Assembly (NCBI GenBank): GCA_976551045.1 | Contig: CDPCPM010000054.1 | Span: 11,532,001 to 11,596,000 of the forward strand | Source: Glaucostegus cemiculus | Taxonomy: Eukaryota | Direction: 5' to 3' | DNA length: 64,000 nucleotides | Shown here: in pieces, positions 1-12,900 of the stretch | Position numbering within the stretch: position 1 is the stretch's first letter | How the letters are laid out: every line of letters begins with the position of its first letter | The notes under the pieces: model-generated | Databases searched by the model: none | Told to the model about the DNA's origin: nothing | Seen by the model: only the letters and a program-made list of their open reading frames with translations | Position numbers and translations under genes: made by a program

Positions 1-124
1 AAGAGCATTTTGAAATGTAATCACCTTCAAAATGTAGGATGCAGAGTAGATAGTTTGTGCACAGCAGGATCCTAGAATTATCACCACTACAATGCCCATC
101 TAATCAACTTCTAAGGGATTAGAA

Positions 125-345
125 GTTTGATTTTCACCCAGAGAGTGGTTGGCGCATGGAATGCGGTTCCTGGGGTGGTAGTACTGGCAGATACGTTGGA
201 CAGGTTCAAGAGATTGTTAGATAGGCACATGGAAGAATGTGGAATAGTGGGATATGTGGGAGGAAAGAGTTAGATTGTGAGACGTTTGAAGGACGGCACA
301 ACTTGGTGGGCCGAAGGGCCTGTCTTGTACTGTATTGTTCTATGG
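125..345 (+). mobile_element. CR1 (HER1-like) LINE 3' end fragment
   Basis: Reads FTQRVVGAWNAVPGVVVLADTLDRFKRLLDRHM (CR1 ORF2 C-terminus), followed by the 3'UTR GGGCCGAAGGGCCTGT...TGTTCTATG. Confidence 0.85.
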
Positions 346-1227
346 ATTAGCATTAGTCATGAAAATAAAAAGCCTAAAATCAGTGACCACAAATGAGAAC
401 AATAAAAAAGAGATTGTAGACTAAAAAGAGAAATGAAATGCAATATAAACAGGTGTACCTTAAAAGGTATACATTTTTTATCCATGAAATTTTTTGATTC
501 TACAAGTTTTTTTGGTCAATATCTTTCAATGGCTCCTTCAGCATATTCCCAGTTTAAGGGCAATATCTTTTCCCATTTAAAATGCAGTGCTTATTGTGTG
601 ATAATGGTTTGGAGATTAGTAAGGAACTGGAGCGAAAATAAAAGTGAAAACAGTATCTAACTTCACAAATACAGGCTCTGCAGTCCTATTTATTTTATGT
701 GGTTTAAAGTGTAATTTTGTCTTCCCTTCTCTGATGAAGGCACTGCATGGCTTTACATGCCAACTATCTGCACTGTTTCATGGGAGTAACTTTCAAAGCA
801 CATACATAGTTCAAAGTACCAAAATAACTTAAACAAATAGTTGGCATTGAAAAACAACCTACTGTAAGCTACATGTCACATTATCTTTTGAAAATATTTT
901 CTGTTTCATTTCTTCCTGCCTCATTTTCTCTCAATGTACAGGATGGAGGCAGCCTTCGGTCCATCCAGCCTATGTTGACACTTAGCTTCTACATACGTAA
1001 CCAGTTTTGATTACATTCTCTATCCAAGTTTCTGATCCATTTTCCATTTGTGTTCAGTTCCCAATCTCACGTAACCTTGGATGTTGATATAGATTCTACT
1101 AAAACTTTTAACCTTTGAAGTGAATTCCACAGTGTCCCAGCTCTGTGTAAAGAGGTCCTCCTTGCTCAACTACATTTCCATTTGAGCCTGTTTCTATGGA
1201 TACCAGGAACTGCTGAAAACAGTCTAC

Positions 1228-1655
1228 TTTTAGAACATAGAGCAGTACAGCACAGGAACAGGCCCTTCAGCCCACAATGTCCATGCCAACCATGATGCCA
1301 AATTAATCTAAGCCTATCTGCCTGCACATGATCCGCAAACCCTCCATTCCCTGCATGTTCATGCTCCTGCCTAAATACCTCTTCAATGCCACTGTTATGT
1401 CTGCTTCCACCAACACCATGACAACACATTCCAAGCGCCCACCACTCTCTGTGTAAAAAACCTATCACACCCATCTCCTTCAAACTTTCCCCCTCTCACC
1501 TTAAACCTATGTCCTCTAGTCTTTGACATCTGTACCCTGGGAAAAAGACTATCTACCGTATCTGACACGCTAGAGAAGACAATCCAAGTTTGTCCAACCC
1601 CTCCTGAAAGCTAATACTCTCAAATCCAGCCAGCATCCTGGTGAATCTGTTCTAT
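1228..1655 (-). mobile_element. CR1 LINE 3' fragment
   Basis: Reverse-complement CR1 tail (AGAACATAG...ACAGGCCCTTCAGCCCAC) plus ORF2 C-terminal sequence (CACCACTCTCTGTGTAAAAAA). Confidence 0.8.
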
Positions 1656-2383
1656 GATTCCTACAAGAATCAATGGGGCAACAAGAACTGCAGGCAATAC
1701 TTATGCCTTACATTCCCTGCCCTTTTATCTTTTCCAATGCTTCTAATTTTTCATAACTTTTCATTGGCAGTAAAGCATTGACTGAAAAGTATCTGTAGTA
1801 TGAGTTTATACTTCCTTTTAAATAGAAAGAAAAAGATATAAAGATGACTCCACAAGAATTTGTAATGCTCTAGACTTCCAACCTATTTCCAGCATCTGTT
1901 ATACTCACACACACCTATCATTAACATGCTAAATGATTATTGTAGGTGGAGGAACTGTGTCCCTTTTGCAACACCACCTCCCTCCCTTCCTCCCACTGCT
2001 CTCTGTGCATTCCTGGCATCCCAGTCATGAGATTTCTCAGCCTTCTGGTCCATCATACCAGCTGGCCAGACACTAAATGCAAAGTGTCACTTTTTGGAGT
2101 CTGCTTCTACACACGTAACATAAGACAGCAGTGAGCGGGAGGCTGCAATAAACAGTGTTGGAAGATGTGTAGTCTGCACTTTGGAGCAGAGCTGCACGCG
2201 ACAGGCAGTTTTCAGCTGTCCTGCGATATTATTTGTCAAGCCTTTCTTAATAAAGAAAATGAGCTAGGTCAACTAAAGTGTCTTTGGAGCTGACTGTATC
2301 TGTATCAGTATCACTCTCTAAGAGACTGGAGGATAGCCAGTATGTTAAACCAACAAAATACTCTTATAAACAAAAGGCTTTAC

Positions 2384-2405
2384 AGAGAGAGAGAGAGAGA
2401 GAGAG
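2384..2405. repeat. (GA)n microsatellite
   Basis: Uninterrupted AG run seen directly. Confidence 0.9.
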
Positions 2406-2429
2406 CAGGCAGGATCCTGTTGTGGTGCA

Positions 2430-3625
2430 CCCTTATCTGTCCCATCTGCTGGACTGCAGTACTTCCAAGTTTTGGCATCTTTCTGGTTTACTACAATGAA
2501 TTCCACCTCGTACCTCTCCAGATTCTTTGGGTGCACTACCTTAAAAGTGCAAATCTTGGCAGGCTTCTGTGCAGTCTTGTTCTGCATTGATAACACATCC
2601 AGATTAGTGGCTTGCTTCAGACAGATATTACACGTTGCTTCTGTGTCAAGTTAAAATGTCATTAGTTTCTCTTGAACCAACATCTTGGCATAGACACATC
2701 TAGTGGGTGTTTCTTCCACAGAATTAGCCTCATTTGGCACCAAGAATATTACGTTCAATTGGCATTCTGAATCTAACCCTGCACAGCTCATCTCTTCCAT
2801 GGATTTTCAATGTCCTCTTCCCATCTGGACTGGATTTGTAGAGATAATTTTTAAGTTTTCATCATGTGCATTTTTCCCAAGCACAGGGCACTCCTTGATC
2901 AGCTTATCATTTTGCTGTCCACAGCAATTCCAACATCTAATCAACTTTGGCTGTACTTTCACCCTTCTGCCATTCATCTCACACTTCACCACATGTACTT
3001 CCCACTGTTGTCTATTCAATATTTCCAACCTGGCTTTGATAGCTACACAGCTTTGAATTCCCCTGTCGAGAGTTAACTCACTGTCACTTGGTGGCTGTTT
3101 CCTCTGGTTGATCTTGCAGGTTCCAAAGTATCCAGTCTCTGTTGAGTGAATTCTTCAAATCTGTACAATCACAACTCCTTCACAAAATTATCAAATAATT
3201 CTCCCCACTTCTAGTTGCATACAAAGAGCTAGTCACGGTCCACTGTTTCATTTCAAGGAGAATTGCAGTGTGCTTGTAGTTAATGCATTCTCCAGGGTCT
3301 CATTTGGCTGTTTATTGGTAGGATGCAATTCTGTGGTGTTGCTGCCAATAGGTATTATAATATCTCTGCTTTCGGCTGTTCTAGTTGATTTTCCATATAG
3401 AGCATAACATTTTTTCTCCACTGTCTCCATTCTTCCAAAACATGATTTGCCCGGAAATCCATCAGCTTTTCATTTGTTTCATGGTGTAGTACCTCACGGG
3501 AATCACACAACTGAATGTCAAGAAGTGAACATCCCCAGGTTACCTCAGCTGGGAGAGATTCCATCTGTCATTAAGTATTCAGATTCATGTGGGGAGTCTA
3601 AGTCAACCAGCACTCTGACAGCACA
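2430..3625 (-). pseudogene. Degenerate Ty3/Gypsy LTR-retrotransposon gag-protease remnant
   Basis: Minus strand, in order: PBS-like TGCTGTCAGAGTG (3611-3623); gag N-terminus MDFRANHVLEEWRQWRKNVMLY; zinc-knuckle remnant CWNCCGQQNDKLIKECPVLGK; aspartic protease VYAKMLVQEKLMTF*LDTEATCNI (about 2625-2697); then FKVVHPKNLERYEVEFIVV. Many stops and frameshifts. Confidence 0.75.
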
Positions 3626-3809
3626 TAGAAGTATCACACTGTAAGATACTAGAGAGTAGTGGATTATTTGTAGTGGAGGGAGTGAGCGAGAGAGGGAGCA
3701 AGAGCGAGCGCAAGAGAGAGAGCTTTACTTTTGTGTGCCAGATCATGAACCCCTTCAGGCTTGTTCAGCACTAACAATGTAATGATGTGCATGTTTTTCA
3801 CTCTTTAAT

Positions 3810-4140
3810 TTTTCTTATTATGGGTATTGCTGACAAGGCCAACATTTATTCCCAAACTGCCCTCTAGTCACCTTTTTCACCAGCTGTAGTCTTCTCAGTG
3901 CAAGTCCTCCTACAATACTGAGCCAAGGTTTAGACGGAATGACAATGAGGGACTGGTGATACATTTTTGAATCAGCATGGTGTGTGACTTGGAGGAGATT
4001 CTGAAGGTGGTGGTGTCTCCTTGTGCTTGTTGCCATTGGTATGGTAGAGGTCACCAGATAGGAGGAAGTAGAAGGTAACTATTGTGCATTTTGTAAAGGC
4101 AACCACAGTGAAGCAGTGGGGGGAATGAATGCCCAGAGAA
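3810..4140 (-). mobile_element. Old CR1-group LINE 3' fragment (same family as 23230-24740)
   Basis: Shares CATTTATT tail context and TGTGACTTGGAGG...GGTGGTG motifs with 23230-23460. Confidence 0.65.
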
Positions 4141-4496
4141 GTGGTTAGAGTGCCATAGGGTGCAATTAACATGAAACAATTCTTCAACAGAATATACTTC
4201 CTTTTTACACAGGGCACATACATTATGCGGACTGCTCCACATTGAAAGGTTTAACAGGTTGTCGATAGTTTGAATCCCACTGCAAGAAGACTCTGCATGG
4301 TTATCCCCAAATAAGCACATATCTGATCCAAACACTAAATCCCAGCAGACTTACTGGTCACCCCTGCTGTCTAAAATTCCCCACCCTAATAATGCAGTAG
4401 CATTTAGAAAGTTTTTATTTTATGTACAAGACTAAACTAAATGTTTTCCACCATTTGCTACAAGTGGAACTGATGGATTTAATCAGCCTTACTACA

Positions 4497-4682
4497 ACAG
4501 AAAATGATTGAAACACTCAACAGGTCAGGCAGCGTCTGTGGAAAGAGAAACAGAATAATTTTCCAGGTTGAAGACCATTCAGATCTGAAATGTTAACTGT
4601 TTCCCTCTCCACAAATGCTGCCTGACCTGCTAAGTGTTTCCAACATTTTCTGTTTTTGTTTCAGATTTTCGGCATCTGCATT
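4497..4682. mobile_element. Penelope-derived fold-back (inverted pLTR) element, old
   Basis: Inverted arms CAGGTCAGGCAGCGTCTGTGGAAAGAGAAACAG and CTGTTTCCCTCTCCACAAATGCTGCCTGACCTG. Same motifs as the terminus of the GIY-YIG-bearing copy at 20180-20850. Confidence 0.7.
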
Positions 4683-5119
4683 CTTCTATTTTCAGTACAG
4701 AGATTTATGACTATAATTTTCATCTGCCATTTGGGCAACCTCTTGCTCCTCTTAATGTTTCCTGGTAAACCTGATCAGGGTTCAATTATCCACCATCAGC
4801 CACAGGACATTAGCTTGGTTGGCTCACCTGCCATTGAATTCATCCAACATCTGAAATCAGTCCAGTTTTTTTATGGCAATATTTCAGGGATGAATCCCCA
4901 GACAGAATAGCAGGAAGCTTCAGCCCATGGTAATAAATTCTAATTGACAGGAGAAGGGTGACCAGTAGGAGAAAGTTACCATTCTTGCCGTACTCAGCAG
5001 TCTTCAAGTCAATAGCAGTTCTCAAATTAACTCCGAGAAATCTAAACACTGGGGAATGAATGTAAATGTCATGTTTTTGTTAATTTGCAACCATGACAAC
5101 TTTTATTTAAGAAAAACCC

Positions 5120-5650
5120 TCAGCAAAACATCCTGTGGTGCTTCATACAAGTCTTCTCATATATAAATTGGCTTTGACATATTAAGGCAGATGACCAAGT
5201 GCAGGTCAAAGAGACAGTTTTTCAGGAGTATTTTAAAGGAGGAAAGTAAGGTAGTAAAACAGGGCAGTTTGTGCAGAAATTCCAGAACATGGGATCTTGC
5301 CCCCTGAAGAAATGACTGCTCGGAGGAGGTAGAGGTAACTATAGTGTATTTTGTAAAGGCAACCAATTTATGGATGATCCAACCAGGGAAGTGCAGGAGG
5401 GCTGGATGGGAGCACAGAGACAGGGAGGTGTGAGATGATGGAGGGACTTGAAAACAAAGATGAGAATTTTAAAATCAAGGTGTTGTTTAACCAGTGACCC
5501 TCACTGGATAGTAGGCACAAGGGTATGAAATAGCAGCTTTTTGGGTAACTTCTATTTTAAGGCAAGTAGAAAATGGACACGAGCCTGGCCTGCATTAAAA
5601 CAGTCTAGACTTAGAAAAGATACAGATGAAAATATTGACAGCAATGAGCT
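5120..5650 (-). mobile_element. L2-like LINE 3' fragment
   Basis: Homologous to 29285-29700 and 62800-63200 (GACCAA...GGTCAAAGAG...TTAAAGGAG...AATTCCAGA). L2 assignment is from recall. Confidence 0.55.
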
Positions 5651-6099
5651 CTGGAATGGTTACTTGTCTGCAAGTGTTTCCTGAAAATGGTAAAATGCTT
5701 ACATTAATAAGCACCCCAGTGTGTGGGGTCGTCTGCTCACCATGGATTGCATGGTTTGTGTGACCCACAGCATTCAGAAGGGGATACTCTCAGTAGTGCC
5801 ACCCATTCCTTCCAGGGGTGGAGAGTTGTGTGTGGTTGCTTAGAGCTTAGGGTGAAGCTTGCCAAAGCATGGTGACATGGAATAATCTTCTAAATTAAAA
5901 CCAATCCATTAGAAGTCGACTGATTTAGCAGTGTCAATGGCCAAGTGTATTTAATGTAGCCCTGAACTAAAAGGGCACTTGTATGGGGTTTTAATTTCAT
6001 TTTGCTGAAGATTGATTATCTCTTGACATTTAGCTCCTATTGCACATGCTCAAGAATAGAGCAGTTCATGGCCATCTATGATGCATTTTTCCATTAGAT

Positions 6100-6450
6100 G
6101 TGTGCTATGGTTCAATGAGTTGTGCTCTTGCATCTCTTTCTGGAGGTTGTAGATTCAAGCCCCACTTGAGCTGAGATTCCAGTGCAATACTGACAGAGTG
6201 CTAAATTGAGTGTCGGAGATGTCTTCTTTTTGGATAAGATATTAAACCTCAGATTCCTCTGCTATCTCACAGAAGAGCAGGAAGTTCCTTCCTAGTACCT
6301 AGACTGATATTTATCCTTCAACCAACATCACCAAAATGGATTATCTGGTTGTAATCTCATTGCTGCTTGTAAGAGTTTACTGCGTGCAAACACAAAAAAC
6401 ACAGCAACCACTCTCCAAAACTAGATTGGTTGTAAATCACTTTGGAGTAT
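6100..6450 (+). mobile_element. Deu-domain SINE (SacSINE1/AmnSINE-like), degenerate
   Basis: tRNA-like head (GTTGTAGATTCAAGCCCCACT) and Deu-like core GAAGAGCAGGAAGTT...GATATTTATCCTTCAACCAACATCACCAAAA...GATTATCTGG. Confidence 0.7.
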
Positions 6451-6519
6451 CCTCAAGCTAAAAATAATGGAGATTATTACTCGCTGAACAATGGCAAATA
6501 TCACTAAATATCACAGACA

Positions 6520-6850
6520 GGGCAGCAGTGACACAGCTAGTAGAGCTGTAGCATGACAGCTCCAGTAACCTCAGTTCAACTCTGACCCCCGATGCAGTCT
6601 GAGTGGAGTTTATATGTTCTCCCTGACACTGTGGGTGTCCTCTGGGTGCTCCACATCCCCAAGAGATGCCAGTTGGTAAGCTAATAGGCCACTGTAATTG
6701 CCTCTAATGAGTAGGTGAGTGGCAGAATCTCAGGAAGAGTTGAAGGAAATGGGGTGAGAATAGGTTACAGAAAAAATTAGTGAGGGAATCAGATTGGTCT
6801 ATGAGCCAGCACAGATTTGATGGGCCAAATGGCTGCCTCCAACATCATGA
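6520..6850 (+). mobile_element. V-SINE (HE1-like)
   Basis: tRNA-like head, V-domain GTGGAGTTTATATGTTCTCCC...CACATCCC, CR1-like tail GATGGGCCAAATGGC. Confidence 0.75.
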
Positions 6851-7219
6851 GGAAATATGGAAATAAGGACAGTTTGTATTTGCAGAAATAAAACTGTTAA
6901 ACCAAGCTTTGAGATAAAATTTAAAAAGTGTCAACTTGATCACAGAACATTAATTCACTCAGGCTCTTGTCTTAACGCAATATTATGCCTTGGAGGCTAA
7001 TAATCCACCTCAAAGTTTAACATGAGACCAAGCTCCCATGGACTCCATTATTAAGCTTTATACACCAGTGCAGCAAGAAAGGATCTGGGAAAAAATGTTT
7101 ATTATTCTTTTAAGCAGGGTTTAAGCATAGAGCTGTCAATCAATAACTAAATCAGTCACACTACAGTGCCTGTTATAATAGACCCTACACCATCAAACAA
7201 TTGGCCCCACTTTCAACAA

Positions 7220-7333
7220 ACAGGAGGAATTCAGCTGATCAGGCAGCATCTGTGGAGAGAAATTGAAAGTTGATGTTTTAGATCGAGACCCTTCATCTGG
7301 ACTGATTACTCCAGCATCTGCAGTCTCTTGTGA
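7220..7333. mobile_element. Penelope-derived pLTR fragment with degenerate hammerhead motif (minus strand, 7268-7304)
   Basis: Reverse complement reads CAGTC CAGATGA AGGGTCTCGATCT AAAAC ATC AACT. Confidence 0.65.
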
Positions 7334-7792
7334 ACCCATCACTTTCATCATTTCCACTTTCCTCAAAGAGGGAACCTGAACGTATTTGTTTCACTATCTA
7401 GCTACCAATGGACACATCCTGCAGCCAGCCAGAATAATATCATCTTTTAAACAATCCAGCTGATACTGTTCACTTGCTATGCCCTACCTATGGCCACATA
7501 TGAAGTTAGATGGAGAATTAACTCATCTCTCTGAAATATAGTACGAGTCCTGCTCTATGTAATCTTTGCAATCACCCCAACTGCATTACCCAATGTATAG
7601 AATTAGCAAAGCAGTCCAGATTCAACCATGTTGAAAATTAAAGGATTTGAGTCATCAATTATTTGAAACAAGATTACCAATCCACATGAGTGTGAGCCCT
7701 CCTCAAGACCTGCAGCTCTATAATTCAGTGTATGTTGCTACTATGGCAATGGGGTACCTGAGAGACAAAGACAGTTGTGGGATCAATTTAAC

Positions 7793-7865
7793 TTTGAAGT
7801 CAAAGTCAAATTTATTCTCATACGTACAAGTACAATGAAAAACTTACTTGCAGCAGTATCACAGA
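7793..7865 (-). mobile_element. Rex1/Babar-type 3' tail fragment
   Basis: Reverse complement matches the 3'UTR and (GACTTT)n tail at 43770-43871. Confidence 0.7.
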
Positions 7866-10800
7866 TACAATCATAGGACAGTACGGTACAGGAAAAGACC
7901 TTTGGCCCACAATGTTGTGCCGAACTAATTAAGTTAATAATCAAATTCCTAACTAAACCAATCCCTTCTGCCAGCACAATGTCCATACCTCTCCATTTCC
8001 TGCATATTCATGTTCCTATCCAAAGCTTCTTGAATGCCCCTATCGCATTTGCCTCCGCCACCACCCCAGGCAGCACATTCAAGGCACCCACCACTGTGTT
8101 AAAACCTTGTCCTGCACATCTCCTTTAAACTTACCCCCCTCACCTTAAATGCATGCCCTCTGGTATTAGACATTTCAACACTGGGAAAAAGATACCAGTT
8201 GTCTGCTCTATCTATGCCTCTCAATCTTATAAACCTCTATAAGATCTCCCCTCAACCTCCGCCACTCCAGAGAAAACAACCCAAGTTTGTCCAGCCTCTC
8301 CTTATAACACGTGCCCTCTAATCCAGGCAGCATCCTGGTAAACAACTTCTGCACCCTCTCCAAAGCCTCCACATCCTTCATGTAATGGGGTGACCAGAAT
8401 TGAATGCAATGCTCCAGATGTGGCCTAACTAGAGTTTTATAAAGCTACAACATAACTTCCCGACTTTTGAACTTATTTCCTTGACTAATAAAGGCAAGCA
8501 TGCCACACTCCTTTACCACCTTATCAATCTATGCAGCCACTTTCAGGGAGTTATGGACTTGGACCCCAAGATCCCTCTGCACATCAACACTGTTAAGGAT
8601 CTTCCCATTAAGTGTATCATCCCTTTACATTTGATCTCCCAAAGTGCAACACTTCACATTTGGTCAGGTTAAATTCCATCTGCCATTTCTCCACCCATAT
8701 CTGCAACTGATCTATATCCCGCTGTATCCTTTGGCAGTCTTCTACACTATCCACAACACCACCAATCTTCATATTGTCTGCAAATTTACTAGCCACCCAT
8801 CTACACTTTCATCCAGGTCATTTATATATACCACAGACTGCAAAGGTCCCAGTACAGATCCCTGTGGAACACCACTAGCACACACCTTGAGTTAGAATAA
8901 GCACCATCGATCAAAACCCTCTGTCTTCTATGGGCAAGCCATTTCTGATTCCAAATGGCCAATTCACCATGGATCCCATGCATCTTAATCTTCTGGATTA
9001 TCTTCCCATGAGGAACCTTGTCAAATGCCTTACTAAAATCCATGTAGACAACATCTGCAGCTCTACCTTAATCAAACACTTTTGTCACCTCCTCAAAAAA
9101 CGCAGTCTAGTTAGTAAGACAAATTACCCCACACAAAGCCATGCTTACTGTCTCATATTATGCCATGGTTTTCCAAATACTCATAAATCCTATCCCTAAG
9201 ACTCCTCTCCATTAACTTCCCTACCACTGACATGAAACTCACTGGTCTATAGTTTCCAGGATTATCCCATTTCCCTTCTTGAATAATGGTATAACATTAG
9301 CTGCTTGCCAGTCCTCCAGGGCCTCACCTGTGGCTAGAGAGCACAAAAGATATTGGTCAAGGCCCCAGCGATCTCATCTCTTGCCTGTCTCAATAACCTG
9401 GGGTATATCCCATCTGGCCCTAGGACTTGTCACATTAATGCTCTTTAAGAGATTCAGCACTACCTCCTTTATCTTGAAATGCCCTAGCATATTAGTATGC
9501 TCCACTCTGATATCCCTATCCTCCATGTCCTTCTCCTTGGGAAATACTGATGCAAAGTACTCATTTAGGACCACACCCACATCCTCCGCCTCCAAGCACA
9601 TGTTCCCTCCTTTATCCTTGACTGGTCCAACCTGCTCTCTATTTATCTTCTTGCTCTTATGTATGTAGAGAATGCCTTGGGGTTCTCTTTAATCCTACTT
9701 GCCAAAGACTTTTCATGACCCCTCCTGGCTCTCCTAATTCCTTTCTGGAGTTCTTTTCTGGCTTCTCTTGTTTAGGTTTCATTTGATTTTACCTTCCTAA
9801 ATCTTACAAACACTTCTTTTTTCTTATTGACTAAATTCACCACCTCTCGTCATCCAAGATTCCCTTACCTTGGCATCCTTGTCCTTCCTTCTTACTGGAA
9901 CATATCTGTCCTGTACTCTGTGCCCTTGATCTTTAAACACCCTCCACTTGTCAGATGTGGACTTGCCTAAAAAACAGCTGTTCCCAATTAACTCTCCCTA
10001 ATTCCTGCCCAATACTCTCAATGTGCCCGGCTCCAACTTAATACTCTCCTGCAAGGTCCATACTTATCTATAGCTATCTTAAAACTTGAGTTGCCATCAC
10101 TGTTCTCCCACTGAAAGGTCAGTCACCTGGCCAGGCTCATTACCCAACACCAGGTCCAGTGTGGCTCCTCCTCTTGGTGGACTACCTACATTTTGATTTA
10201 AGAAACCCTCCTGGATGCACCTAACAATTCTGCCCCATCTAAACATCCTGCATTAAGGAGGTCCCTGTGTATATTAGAGAAGTTGAAGTCACCCACTACA
10301 ACAACCCTGTTGGTTTTACACCTTTCCCTAATATGCCTGCATATCTGTTCCTCAATGTTCTGGTGGCTATTGGGAGGTCTGTAGTATAATCCCATCAGAG
10401 TGATTGCGTATTCCTTATTTTTGAGTTCTACCTATATAGACTCAGTGAACAAGCCCTCCATTATGTCCTCTGAATGCAGCTGTAATATTGTCCCTGATTA
10501 ATATCACAACTGTTTCCACCCCCCTACCCCACTTCCCTCCTTCTCTATCTTTTGTAAAATATTGAAACCCTGGAACATTAAGCATCTATTCCTGTCCATC
10601 TTTCAACCAAGTCTCTGTTATGTCTACAACATCATAATCTCATGCACTGATCCATGCTCCTAGTTCATCACCCTTACCCATAATGCTCCTAGCATTAAGA
10701 CACTTCAACATGTCTATCCCATTGTGTCTATTACCTTGCTCCTGCCTGTTCTTACTAGTCATGACATCTACTGTACCTTCCTCTCGATTCTTCTACTTTC

Positions 10801-11090
10801 TGACCTGGTGCTCTGGTTCCTATCTCTGTGCCAAACTAGTTTAAACCCTCCCAAGTAGCAATGGCAAACCTCCCAACCAGGATATTGGTTTCCCTCCAGT
10901 TAACATGCAAGCCCCTACCCCAGAAGAGGTTCCAATAATCCAAGAAACTGAAACCTTGCACCAATTCCTCAGCCACACATTCATCCATTCTATCTTTCCA
11001 TTCCTGCCCTGACTAGAATGTGGCACTGGGAGTAATCTAGAGATTACTACCTTCATGATTTTGCTTTTCAGCCTCTTTCCTAACTCACTG
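7866..11090 (-). mobile_element. Long decayed CR1 LINE (end of ORF1 esterase, endonuclease, RT, 3'UTR)
   Basis: Minus-strand peptides: VVISRLLPVP (ORF1 SGNH), YYRPPNS...VVVVGDFN (APE endonuclease), VLNEYFASVF, MDFSKAFDKVPHG (RT). CR1 3'UTR near 7870-7925. Multiple stops, frameshifts and deletions. Confidence 0.92.
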
Positions 11091-11091
11091 C

Positions 11092-11412
11092 AGTCATAGA
11101 GTACAGTCAGAGCCTGCACCAGTCATCAAACACTCATTTACACTAACCCTACATTAATCTCACTTTTTATTCTCCCCACATTCACATTAACTGCCCCTAG
11201 ATTCTACCACTCATCTACACACTGCGGGCAATTTACAGTGGTCAACTAACCTACCAGCCTGCATATCGTTGAGATCTGGGAGGAAACCAGACCATCCAGA
11301 GGAAACCCAGATGGTGCAAATTCCCACACAGACAGCACCCAAGATCAGGATTGAACCCAAGTCTCTGGCATTGCAAGGCAGCAGCTCTACCTGCTGTGCC
11401 ACTCTGCCACCA
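11092..11412 (-). mobile_element. V-SINE (HE1-like)
   Basis: Reverse complement: GGTGGCAGAGTGGCACAGCAGGTAGAGCTGCTGCC...GGGTTCAATCC (A/B-box head), V domain, CR1-like tail. Confidence 0.8.
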
Positions 11413-11534
11413 CAATTTTGACAATAAATAAGGAAGACTACATCCACTGGCAAAATAGTCAGTAACCACAGGCATTTCACACAAGAATCAGTGTGATGGG
11501 GAGATGAATGGTTTTGCTAATTATTTTTTTAAAT

Positions 11535-11860
11535 AATTCACAGCAAGAAGATTTTGCTGGCAAAGCCAGAATGTATTGTCCAAACCAAACTGCACCTTGG
11601 ACTGAGCAGTTTCCTCAGCCATTTCAGAGGGAAGCGAAGGGTCAACCAATCTGTGTCAGGAGTCATGGGTAGGTTAGACTGAGTAAAGAAGTCAGATTTC
11701 CTCCCCAGAAAGACATTAAAGGTTTGAAATCTCAAGTAATTACATGGACACCATTACTGATAGCACATATTCAGTTCTAAATTTAAGTTCCTTAGTTACT
11801 AAGTTGGATTTGAATTCCTATTTCACAGTCTATAGTCCAGGCCTCTGAGAGTGGCCCAAC
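11535..11860 (-). mobile_element. tRNA-derived SINE sharing its 3' tail with the old CR1-group LINE
   Basis: Homologous to 36600-36840 (GAATTCAAATCC head; GGAAATCTG...GACTCC...GGTTGAC core). Confidence 0.55.
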
Positions 11861-12624
11861 AACTGAACCAGATTATCTGGAATGACTACTTGAAAGGGTA
11901 ATGGAAGAAGATTCAATAGCAACTTTCATACAAGGAATTGGATGCTTATTGGTTGGTTATGAGATGGCGTGGGGGAAGAGGAGTAATTGGATATCACTTT
12001 AAAACTCTGGCAAAGTCATGATGGACTGAAAGGCCTCCTTCTGTACTGTCATTACTATGAAGACAGGATTCTGTCTTATAAACCAGAACTCAAACAGAAG
12101 GAATACAAAAATACCTTCAGTTATGAATCTAATGAATAATGTCAGTGTAAAATACATCAAAGCTTGAATCTCACCATATTTTCAGGCTGATATATCAGAA
12201 GTTACATTTCTATGAAGGAAAACAATTGCAAAGCCACAACACAAATCAAAATTGCTCTGATTAAATTCATGCATTTTTGTTGAAATTTTTGTTTGACTAC
12301 CGTGTCTTTGATTGTAACCATGTTACCATAAGCTCTTTTCAGCTTTCCCTAGAGGGGCAATTAGTTGAAATTGTTATTTTTCTGCAGCTGAGATTGATTT
12401 ACAAGCAGCATGGCCTACTAAACAATCACATTTCTATTTCAATTAGCTTGGAACTTTTTTGTTTTATGACAAAGAAAATTACCCTAAAAATTGCTGGCCT
12501 CTCAGTGGACTCCTGCCAAAGTTGTTTTTAATTCATTCTCAGGATATGGCCATTGCTGAAAACACCAAGACATATTGCCCATCTTTTGGTCCCCAAGCTG
12601 TAACTTGACACACTTAATGAGACC

Positions 12625-12900
12625 ACTTCATAGGACAGTGCGAGATCAACCGTGTTGTCAGGCAAAGGGTGACACACATAGGCTGGACTCAACAATGATA
12701 TGATCCTGAGATGCTGAGGGTTCTTGTCAGGATAGTTGTGCAGAGGATGTTTCCTCTTGTGAGGGAACCTGGAACTCATCTTGGATAAATGAAAATGTGA
12801 ATTTGAGATAACAATCAGATTAGCCATGATTTTACTCAATGGCAGCACAGATTCGAGGAGCTGAATTGGCTACTCCTGCTCCCAATTTGTATCTTCATAT
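12625..12900 (-). mobile_element. CR1 fragment(s)
   Basis: CR1-like ORF2 end and 3'UTR motifs (GATCCTGAG...CTTGTCAGG; GAGGAGCTGAATTGGCTACTCCTGCTCC). Strand and limits uncertain. Confidence 0.35.

Noticed and set aside
4827-4849. Minus-strand 23-nt microexon (TTTCAG...CAG/GTGAGC)
   Set aside because: Weak pyrimidine tract, frame-shifting length, no partner exons; such matches are expected by chance.
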